This document shows positions 1-6,215 of a DNA stretch of 19,876 nt, piece by piece. This stretch comes from a virus (taxonomy: Duplodnaviria > Heunggongvirae > Uroviricota > Caudoviricetes), in IMG/VR virus record IMGVR_UViG_3300037471_001079, positions 1 to 19,876 of that record; one strand, written 5' to 3'. The translations under genes and the position numbers were made by a program. The notes under the pieces were generated by a model. That model made no database searches. It was not told the DNA's origin and worked only from the letters and a program-made list of their open reading frames with translations. Position 1 is the first letter of the stretch. Every line of letters begins with the position of its first letter.

Positions 1-101
1 ATGACCTATACGCAGCGGCGAGCGTGGACGCGCTCCGCGAGGTGCTCAACCGAGCCTCGCCGCTGACACAACTGGAGCACAGAACTTGCACACCGACCTG
101 A
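1..101 (+). CDS. 3' end of an upstream gene (partial; ...DLYAAASVDALREVLNRASPLTQLEHRTCTPT*)
   Basis: The frame starting at base 3 is open from the window edge to TGA 99-101 with coding-like codon usage; product unknown. Confidence 0.4.
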   Translation, partial: DLYAAASVDALREVLNRASPLTQLEHRTCTPT

Positions 102-112
102 CCACCCCATAT
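85..112 (+). promoter_or_regulatory. sigma32/RpoH-like promoter (CTTGCA-N14-CCCCATAT)
   Basis: CTTGCA 85-90, 14-nt spacer, CCCCATAT 105-112. Near-perfect match to the E. coli sigma32 consensus CTTGAA-N13/17-CCCCATNT; the same motif and spacing recur at 3679 and 10092. Confidence 0.6.
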
Positions 113-116
113 AACT

Positions 117-192
117 AATTGATACCAGGGCTGAATTTCTCATTTTAAAAGAACCGATAGTTCAGCCGGCCAACTCAGCCCTGGTATTGATT
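117..192 (+). repeat. Long inverted repeat / leader RNA structure
   Basis: ATACCAGGGCTGA (122-134) and TCAGCCCTGGTAT (175-187) are perfect inverse complements. As RNA the stem extends to 18 bp (117-134/175-192) with two G-U pairs. Confidence 0.8.
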
Positions 193-312
193 TTATTGGG
201 TTTTTTGGCGTTTTTCGCGGTTCTTTTGGTAGAGCGAATTACGCCTGTGATGACTCGGTGAGCCGCTAACTGGCTCTCTTTTTCAAACACATTGACACTT
301 TTTGGGGTCAGA

Positions 313-816
313 ATGGAAATGCAACCACAGGGCGTGAAAGCCCGCGTCACCGAACTCTATTATGAAGGGTACACAGCGTCAGAAATCTATGAACAGGTCG
401 GCCATCGTATCGGCCTGGACACCATCAGGGTCTATGTCAACGAGGTCATGCGCAGCCCTGACGCGTCGAAGCGGAAACACCGGACACCGATGGTCAAGCC
501 CGGCCCGACGGCGATCAAGGATGCCGACACCACTCCTGAAGCCCGATCTCTTGGCGGGATGCTGCAGACCTATCGACTGAGAGAAACCGGCCTCCAGCCG
601 GCGGTGTTCTGTGATGAGTTTGATTTCGCGAACCCCCAGTGGCTCCGGCGTATGGAGTCAGGCAGTTGGGACTTCCGTATGAGCGAGGTCAGACGCCTCT
701 CAGGTGTGTTGGGAACCTCGGTAGGAGATATCTACCGAAAGATTGCCGACGCTTGTGACAGGTCCGACACAGTAGCAATAGCTAGGGAGGAAACCCATAA
801 TCAGATCAGGATCTAA
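313..816 (+). CDS. Putative transcriptional regulator with two HTH domains (N-terminal GcrA-like HTH, C-terminal XRE/Cro-C1 HTH)
   Basis: N-terminal RVTELYYEGYTASEIYEQVG resembles the GcrA-type HTH. C-terminal LGGMLQTYRLRETG...WLRRMESGSWDFRMSEVRRLSGVLGTSVGDI follows the XRE pattern. Start ATG 313 or 319 (ORF track begins at TTG 292). Confidence 0.6.
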   Translation: MEMQPQGVKARVTELYYEGYTASEIYEQVGHRIGLDTIRVYVNEVMRSPDASKRKHRTPMVKPGPTAIKDADTTPEARSLGGMLQTYRLRETGLQPAVFCDEFDFANPQWLRRMESGSWDFRMSEVRRLSGVLGTSVGDIYRKIADACDRSDTVAIAREETHNQIRI

Positions 817-874
817 ATGGTTATAGATTGCAACCAGTTGTTTCATGTAATTCGAAACTACCACAAGACTATAC

Positions 875-921
875 CACAGCACGAGAGGGAGCTGGCGCTT
901 TCGCGCCAGCTCCCTGCTGTG
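875..921 (+). other. Strong intergenic hairpin
   Basis: AGGGAGCTGGCGC (886-898), loop TTTC, GCGCCAGCTCCCT (903-915): perfect 13-bp stem, extended by CACAGC/GCTGTG (875-880/916-921). No clear U-tract follows. Confidence 0.7.
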
Positions 922-994
922 TTGGATATACCGAGAACCTCTCTTGAAACTCGGAGATTTCTTCCGATTTTCATTCAACATGAGACCAAACGCT

Positions 995-1336
995 ATGCTC
1001 AGAAACGACACGCCAATACTGGCTCAGGACCTCATTGACATCGAGCTCAGGATGGCTCCGCTGATAGCTGAGGCCGACGAGATCAAGGATAAGCTGCGCG
1101 ACCATGCCATCACCCTTGGCAAGGGGTTCGACGAGCCAGGTGTCGGGGGCAAGGTAAAGGTCTCGAAGGAGGCCAGGCGGGAGTTCCGCGGGCGCAAGCC
1201 CCAGTTCGACGCGACCAAGTTCATCGACCTGATCCCAGCACTGCAGGACAAGATCATCGCAGCCGGGGTCGTCACCTGGGTGGATGATTACTCGTCCCCC
1301 CGCAAGCCCTCGGTGACGGTCGAGCTCGATGATTGA
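995..1336 (+). CDS. Hypothetical phage protein
   Basis: GC3-rich coding-like codon usage from about 1020; overlaps the next gene. Start uncertain (ATG 980 or 995; ORF track 944). Confidence 0.7.
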   Translation: MLRNDTPILAQDLIDIELRMAPLIAEADEIKDKLRDHAITLGKGFDEPGVGGKVKVSKEARREFRGRKPQFDATKFIDLIPALQDKIIAAGVVTWVDDYSSPRKPSVTVELDD

Positions 1337-1895
1337 GGTCGACCGTTACGGCCTGCACTGGGTCTCAGGCCTACCCTTCCTGGTTGAGAAGGACCAGGCA
1401 ATGTGCCTGGCGCCAGGGATGGAGGCCATGCCGGCCCAGTTCAAGGTCCGCAACGGTCAGCCTTGCCCGCACAACCTCATCCCGGCGTTCGGCGCGACCG
1501 ACGGCGAGATCAGGGCGTCACCCTATCTGAAAGCCTTCGCTCCCATCCCGGATGGGGGCGCCTACTACATCGAGGACCTGCCCGATGATGCCGCCGCGAT
1601 CACCGCCGGCCAGAACCTGTTCTGGCCCCGGTTCCGCGGCGACTTCAGGAAGCTGATCCGGGAGCTGACGCTCACCAACCTGGCGCCGCTGATCCTGACC
1701 GGCTTCGGCATCAAGGACCACATCTTCCTCGATGATCTCAACACCCTACCCCGAACAAGAACCCTAATTTTCAAGGATGGCGTCAAGAAAAACTGGATGT
1801 CTCCGGTCAAGACCAGGCAACTGGCACAGTTCAATATCAACAACGGATGGAGGCTTTTGAAACAACATGTACAACGTCAGATGGATACCGTTTGA
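1329..1895 (+). CDS. Hypothetical phage protein (188 aa)
   Basis: Long ORF with coding-like codon bias that overlaps the upstream stop; no motif recognised. Confidence 0.75.
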   Translation: MIEVDRYGLHWVSGLPFLVEKDQAMCLAPGMEAMPAQFKVRNGQPCPHNLIPAFGATDGEIRASPYLKAFAPIPDGGAYYIEDLPDDAAAITAGQNLFWPRFRGDFRKLIRELTLTNLAPLILTGFGIKDHIFLDDLNTLPRTRTLIFKDGVKKNWMSPVKTRQLAQFNINNGWRLLKQHVQRQMDTV

Positions 1896-2085
1896 TCTCG
1901 CCGACAAGAACGACCACCCATTGGAGTGGTATGAGAAGTCTAGAACCTGTTCCAACGAGACAGAAGCTTTCGAGTTTGCCAGCAAGCTTGGCAAGTCGGC
2001 CAAGATTTTCTTCGGACATCAATTCATTTGTGAGGTGACCCCTGATTATTCACGTCAACAGACAGTTCATCGCCCAGAACGCTAA
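1867..2085 (+). CDS. Hypothetical protein (72 aa)
   Basis: GGAGG at 1849-1853 upstream; fills the gap between neighbours; AT-richer than flanks. Confidence 0.5.
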   Translation: MYNVRWIPFDLADKNDHPLEWYEKSRTCSNETEAFEFASKLGKSAKIFFGHQFICEVTPDYSRQQTVHRPER

Positions 2086-2293
2086 GGACGGGCTCAACCG
2101 GCCGGTCTACACGGTCAAGCACAAGGGCAAGACGACCTATGCTCACGGCATCAAGATCGAGGGCGGGGTCGTCGAGCTGGTCGATCCTCGCACTCACAAC
2201 CAGCTCTCTTGCGGAGCCAGGGCCTGGCTGGAGGTGACCGGCGGCCAGGTCGAGCTGATCGATCCCTGCACGTTCGCGGAGGCGCGAGCGTGA
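2042..2293 (+). CDS. Conserved-looking small phage protein with a non-canonical start (LIIHVNRQFIAQNAKDG...LSCGARAWLEV...)
   Basis: Absent from the ORF track. The frame is open 2039-2293 after TGA 2036-2038 with strong GC3 bias, and its stop overlaps the helicase GTG (GTGA). The IHVN...N.K.G...LSCGA..W pattern resembles a widespread phage hypothetical family. No ATG/GTG/TTG precedes the conserved N-terminus; CTG 2042 or ATT 2045 follows GAGGTG (2032-2037). Confidence 0.7.
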   Translation: MIIHVNRQFIAQNAKDGLNRPVYTVKHKGKTTYAHGIKIEGGVVELVDPRTHNQLSCGARAWLEVTGGQVELIDPCTFAEARA

Positions 2294-3657
2294 ATCAACT
2301 TCGGCCCGACCAGATAGAAGACCTGGCGCTGCTGATCTCCAACCCGAAGTTCATGCTCCTGAACGAGCCCGGCACCGGCAAGACGCCGACGGCTTGTGTC
2401 TACACCGAATACCTGGTGACGCGCATGAACATGGGCGTCATCTGGCTCCAGCCGCTCTCCATCATGGAGAAGAACCGTGACGAGCTCATCAAGTGGACCG
2501 GGCTCCGGTGCGCAATGGTGACGACCAACGACGTTCCCGACGACGTCGATGTCCTCTTGATGGGACCGGAACGGTTCAGGCGGGTGTGGCAGGACATCCC
2601 CAAGCGCTTCAAGGCCATCATCGGTGACGAGTGGCACATGATGTTCGGCGGCGCCACCAGCGCCAGGACGACAGCCCTCTTCGACTTCATGCGCCGGCAG
2701 GGCACGCACGTCCTGCCGATGACCGGCACCCTGATCAACGGCAAGCTGGACACGGCTTTCCCGGCCGTCCAGCTGATCGAGCCCCGCTACTACGGCGACT
2801 ACAGCCAGTTCTGCAACTACCATCACGACGTAGATCCTTGGACCGGGAAGCTGGCCGGTTACCGGAACCATCAGAAGCTGCGGTCGATCATGCTGCAGCA
2901 CGGCCAGCGGCGGACGTTCGAGGACGTCTATGGTCCTGAAGCAAAGATTATACAGATAGAATCTGTATCTTTGCTGCCGGCGCAGCGGGAGATGTACGAG
3001 ACCTTCGAGGAACAGGCCTACCTGGAACTCGAGAAGTTCGTCATCGATGGCACCCTACCAGGTACGGCCTTCATCCGATCGCGCCAGATCCTGGAGCATC
3101 CCAACAACTTCCCGGACCTGACCAACCCCAAGGCCCCGCCGATCGACATCCTCGCCGGTGAGATATCCGGCAAGGAGGAGCGGCTGGAGATCCACTTCCA
3201 GGATCACCTCAACACCGGCGAGCCACTCGTGGTGTTCTCGGCCTTGATGCCGCAACAGCGTCGCATCCTTGAACAGGCCAACCGAATGGGGCTCCGCTTC
3301 CGTCTGATCAACAGCACGGTCCTACCGTCCGAGCGTGCTCGGATAGATGAACAGTTCAGGGCTGGTGCCTTGGATGGTATCGTCTGCTCACCTCAATGTG
3401 CTTCAGTTGGTTTCAACTGGCAACTTCTCAATGGAAAGGAAATTGAACATGTAATCTTTGCGTCCATCGACTTCATGGACACATCCTTTATTCAGGCGTA
3501 TCGACGTTTCATCCGCGGTAAACGACAGAGACCTCTTCGCATAACGATGCTGAGGTATAGAGACACGATCGAAGACCGCATCTATCAGATCGTCGAGCAG
3601 AAATCCCAAGAAGCATACCTTGTCGATGAGACAAGACCTGTACTCGAATTGAGTTAG
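2290..3657 (+). CDS. SF2 (SNF2-like) DNA helicase
   Basis: Motif I EPGTGKT, motif II IIGDEWH, motif III MTGT, motif V SPQCASVGFN, and a motif VI-like QAYRRFIRG. Probable start GTG 2290 (MNQLRPDQ, a Q-motif position), coupled to the upstream stop. Confidence 0.92.
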   Translation: MNQLRPDQIEDLALLISNPKFMLLNEPGTGKTPTACVYTEYLVTRMNMGVIWLQPLSIMEKNRDELIKWTGLRCAMVTTNDVPDDVDVLLMGPERFRRVWQDIPKRFKAIIGDEWHMMFGGATSARTTALFDFMRRQGTHVLPMTGTLINGKLDTAFPAVQLIEPRYYGDYSQFCNYHHDVDPWTGKLAGYRNHQKLRSIMLQHGQRRTFEDVYGPEAKIIQIESVSLLPAQREMYETFEEQAYLELEKFVIDGTLPGTAFIRSRQILEHPNNFPDLTNPKAPPIDILAGEISGKEERLEIHFQDHLNTGEPLVVFSALMPQQRRILEQANRMGLRFRLINSTVLPSERARIDEQFRAGALDGIVCSPQCASVGFNWQLLNGKEIEHVIFASIDFMDTSFIQAYRRFIRGKRQRPLRITMLRYRDTIEDRIYQIVEQKSQEAYLVDETRPVLELS

Positions 3658-3665
3658 TACAACTC
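3651..3665. promoter_or_regulatory. Palindromic site GAGTT-N5-AACTC (copy 1)
   Basis: GAGTTAGTACAACTC overlaps the helicase stop; recurs at 10074 and 17516. Confidence 0.6.
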
Positions 3666-3678
3666 CGTTCAGGTACCA

Positions 3679-3706
3679 CTAGCAAATCTACCCAGCATCA
3701 CCATAT
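3679..3706 (+). promoter_or_regulatory. RpoH-like promoter (CTAGCA-N14-CACCATAT)
   Basis: Same element spacing as 85-112 and 10092-10119; lies upstream of the 3782 gene. Confidence 0.5.
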
Positions 3707-3715
3707 CAGGTTAGG

Positions 3716-3746
3716 CTCAGGGACAGCCAGTCCTTGGGCTTTTTTT
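3716..3746 (+). terminator. Intrinsic terminator-like hairpin
   Basis: GCTCAGGGAC-agcca-GTCCTTGGGC (10 bp, two G-U pairs) followed by T7 (3740-3746). Confidence 0.7.
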
Positions 3747-3781
3747 AACCTGACCTAACTCTTCTCAAGGAAACACGAACT

Positions 3782-4435
3782 TTGTCCAACCAAACCTCTA
3801 TTGACGCCGCCATTGCCGCCGCTTCCGCCGCCGCCAAGGCCGCCGTCCCTGCCACCATCGATCAGACCAGCACCGCTCTCGCCACCGTCCAGCCGGGCAA
3901 GGCGCGCTCGATGCTGACCGCGCTCGAAACCACCGGCACGACCGCCGACCTGTGGGTCAAGGTCGACGCCAGCGGCATCAAGCTCGGCTCCGATCACAAG
4001 ATCTACGAGAACTTCACCGCCAAGATCGAGCTCGACAAGGTCAAGGCACCCTACGCTCTGCGCTACAGCGTCAACGACTCCGCGACCTACAAGAAGTCTT
4101 ACGACGGCGTCGTCTCAACCGACGGCCGCCCGTGGGCAGAAGTGGTCGCCGAGGGCAAGCGTATCGATCCCAAGGCGACCGTCTATGACGCCGTCGAGGT
4201 GATCATGACCCTCAACGAGCCCCTGCAGAAGAAGGACGGCTCGATCATCGAGGCCGGTACCCAGATCGGCTACCAGACCGCCCCCACCGGCTTCCGGAAC
4301 TTCAAGAGCTGGTATGGTGACGCCGTCTCGGCCTTCGGCCCCGACGCCGAAGTCACCGTCCTCGTCGGCTACGAGGTGAAGTCGAAGAAGGGCAACAAGG
4401 ACTGGGGCGTCTGCACCTTCGAGACCGTGCAGTAA
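3782..4435 (+). CDS. Abundant phage replication protein, candidate ssDNA-binding/annealing protein
   Basis: TTG start with AAGGAA SD; extreme codon bias; bracketed by hairpins; sits next to the helicase. Beta-rich, aromatic/lysine-rich body with an Ala-rich N-terminus. The SSB function is inferred from context only. Confidence 0.8.
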   Translation: MSNQTSIDAAIAAASAAAKAAVPATIDQTSTALATVQPGKARSMLTALETTGTTADLWVKVDASGIKLGSDHKIYENFTAKIELDKVKAPYALRYSVNDSATYKKSYDGVVSTDGRPWAEVVAEGKRIDPKATVYDAVEVIMTLNEPLQKKDGSIIEAGTQIGYQTAPTGFRNFKSWYGDAVSAFGPDAEVTVLVGYEVKSKKGNKDWGVCTFETVQ

Positions 4436-4442
4436 GCGTACC

Positions 4443-4478
4443 AGGCGCCCTGCCGCTTAACAGTTCCACAGGGCGCCT
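4443..4478 (+). other. Hairpin just after the 3782 gene
   Basis: AGGCGCCCTG (4443-4452) / CAGGGCGCCT (4469-4478): perfect 10-bp stem with a 16-nt loop. Confidence 0.65.
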
Positions 4479-4483
4479 TCCCG

Positions 4484-4520
4484 CCCCCCAGGTTGTGTCG
4501 CGACCTGGGGGGTTTTCTTT
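4484..4520 (+). terminator. Intrinsic terminator
   Basis: CCCCCCAGGT (4484-4493) / ACCTGGGGGG (4503-4512) followed by TTTTCTTT. Confidence 0.85.
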
Positions 4521-4540
4521 GCCAATTTACAAGGAAACCA

Positions 4541-4858
4541 ATGGCTTCTGTCGTTATCGATGGAAAATCCTTCAACGGCAATAACATCACAATTCGGAAC
4601 GGACGGGTGACCGTCGATGGCGTCACTCAGGATGGCACCCTTCACGGTGTTGTCGAGGTACGCGTGGTCGAGGGTGTCCTCGCCAAACTGGAATGTGATG
4701 CATCCGTAACCTGTGGCGACGTCTGCGGAAGTGTTTCCGCCGGCGGATCAGTCACATGCAACAACGTCGGCGGGCACGTCTCAGCCGGTGGTAGCGTTAG
4801 GGCAGCCGGAAAAACCGGCGGCAACACCTCGGCCGGCGGCAGCGTCCGCATCGGCTAA
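4541..4858 (+). CDS. Small protein with SAGGSV repeats (predicted beta-helix / bactofilin-like)
   Basis: ATG 4541 with AAGGAAA SD; three SAGGSV repeats spaced 15-16 aa apart. Confidence 0.8.
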   Translation: MASVVIDGKSFNGNNITIRNGRVTVDGVTQDGTLHGVVEVRVVEGVLAKLECDASVTCGDVCGSVSAGGSVTCNNVGGHVSAGGSVRAAGKTGGNTSAGGSVRIG

Positions 4859-4875
4859 CAACTCAAGGACAATTT

Positions 4876-5124
4876 ATGACTGACACTCAATCTGTAGCAG
4901 CTGACCAGCTGAAGTCCCTCGTCGAGCGTATCGAGCGCCTCGAAGAGGACAAGAAGGCGATCTCCGATGACATCAAGGAGGTCTACGGCGAGGCCAAGGC
5001 CAACGGCTTCGACGTTGGCGTCCTGCGCACCATCATCCGTCTGCGGCGTCTCGCCAACGACGAGCGTATGGAGATGGAGGCGATCCAGGAGCTCTACCTC
5101 CAGGCACTCGGCATGCCGACGTGA
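4876..5124 (+). CDS. gapR: GapR / DUF2312 (UPF0335) nucleoid-associated DNA-binding protein
   Basis: AADQLKSLVERIERLEEDKKAISDDIKEVYGEAKANGFDVGVLRTIIRLR...LYLQALGM matches the DUF2312 consensus; AAGGA SD. Confidence 0.92.
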   Translation: MTDTQSVAADQLKSLVERIERLEEDKKAISDDIKEVYGEAKANGFDVGVLRTIIRLRRLANDERMEMEAIQELYLQALGMPT

Positions 5125-5228
5125 CCGTCGTCCGTCTCATCCAATTCACACTTCTGGCGGCGGGGATCTTCCTCGCCGCTCAGGCTGTTGGCACGGTGGT
5201 GCTGATCATCAAATCATCATTTGGATAA
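5121..5228 (+). CDS. Small single-TM protein (35 aa)
   Basis: MTVVRLIQFTLLAAGIFLAAQAVGTVVLIIKSSFG; GTGA overlap with the gapR stop; not in the ORF track. Confidence 0.55.
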   Translation: MTVVRLIQFTLLAAGIFLAAQAVGTVVLIIKSSFG

Positions 5229-5233
5229 TTTTC

Positions 5234-5338
5234 ATGTACGATCTTACGGATAAAATCAGGGAAGTCGTTTTCACAACTGTTGCCATTTGTGCAGCGGCGA
5301 TTGTCGTCAAATTCACGATCGATATCCTTCTGTCGTGA
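5234..5338 (+). CDS. Small single-TM protein (34 aa)
   Basis: MYDLTDKIREVVFTTVAICAAAIVVKFTIDILLS; its stop overlaps the GTG of the exonuclease. Confidence 0.5.
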   Translation: MYDLTDKIREVVFTTVAICAAAIVVKFTIDILLS

Positions 5339-6081
5339 CAATCCACATTCATGACGCCAACGGCGTCATTCGTCGCAGCCTGGAAGCCGACCGTATGGGT
5401 CGGTTTCCTCGCTCCATCTTCACCCGCATGACCACGGTCGACGAGCCCAACGTGTGGGTCTTCGACGGCCGCAACTCGCTCGCCAAGCGGCGGGAGCTGT
5501 ATCCTGCTTACAAAGACGGGCGTAAACCTCCGCGCGAAGACTTCTATCCCATGCTGCACTTCATCAAAGAGGTGCTCGCGTTCACGCGCGCCATCGTCGT
5601 CGAGGTGCCGGGGTACGAGGCGGACGACATCGTGGCGACGCTCGCCAAACGCTACGAGCCGGCCGGTGTCCACATCAACTCAAACGACCGGGATTTCCTG
5701 GCCCTCCAGAACGAAAGGATCAAGTGTGATGCTACTCCCCTCACTGGTGTTGAGGCTTCTGAAGTACGCCTCTACAAAACTCTCGTTGGTGATCCGTCGG
5801 ACAATATCAAAGGACTGAAAGGGTTCGGGCCGAAGGCCTGGGAGGGTCTGAACCAGGAAGACCGTGTCTACCTGCAGCTATGCTTCCAGCATGACCTGCC
5901 CCCAGGTGCTACCGCTGACAAGGTCATGCAGCGTATCCAGGTTGAGTGGTCTACCCTCAAGACCTACTGGGATATCGTCGGCTTTTACGACGTCGATCTC
6001 AAGCTGATCGAAGACCATATGGTCATCGGCAGCAACAACGTCGCCGAGGGCGACGCCTACCTTAAGAGGTTTCATCACTGA
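5335..6081 (+). CDS. 5'-3' exonuclease / flap endonuclease (PolA N-terminal domain-like, T5 D15/T7 gp6 type)
   Basis: HIHDANG, WVFDG, RRELYPAYKDGR, GYEADDIVATLA, SNDRDFL and the H3TH motif LVGDPSDNIKGLKGFGPKA. Probable GTG start at 5335. Confidence 0.93.
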   Translation: MTIHIHDANGVIRRSLEADRMGRFPRSIFTRMTTVDEPNVWVFDGRNSLAKRRELYPAYKDGRKPPREDFYPMLHFIKEVLAFTRAIVVEVPGYEADDIVATLAKRYEPAGVHINSNDRDFLALQNERIKCDATPLTGVEASEVRLYKTLVGDPSDNIKGLKGFGPKAWEGLNQEDRVYLQLCFQHDLPPGATADKVMQRIQVEWSTLKTYWDIVGFYDVDLKLIEDHMVIGSNNVAEGDAYLKRFHH

Positions 6082-6194
6082 TGCTATACATGATTTTCGG
6101 CCTCATATTTCTGAAGGCATTCACTGATCTGTCAATCATGGGATGTTTGGTGGTCCTCATCATATTGGGGGCTATTCGCGAGATTCTTTCATGA
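6081..6194 (+). CDS. Small membrane protein (37 aa)
   Basis: MLYMIFGLIFLKAFTDLSIMGCLVVLIILGAIREILS; TGATG overlap with the exonuclease stop; fills the gap before the polymerase. Confidence 0.5.
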   Translation: MLYMIFGLIFLKAFTDLSIMGCLVVLIILGAIREILS

Positions 6195-6215
6195 TTAAAT
6201 TCTTGAGGTATTTGA

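Noticed and set aside
292-320. TTGACA as a sigma70 -35
   Set aside because: No -10-like hexamer at 16-18 nt spacing (CAGAAT is only 11 nt away).
162-350. 62-aa minus-strand ORF over the inverted repeat and T-tracts
   Set aside because: Its Lys/Asn-rich end simply translates the phased A-tracts; no SD; better explained as regulatory DNA.
817-1038. 73-aa + strand ORF
   Set aside because: It runs through a perfect 13-bp hairpin, has poor codon bias, and overlaps the better 995-1336 ORF out of frame.
3745-3759. CtrA-like TTAA-N7-TTAA sites (also 10077-10091)
   Set aside because: Only one half-site matches at the correct spacing in each case.
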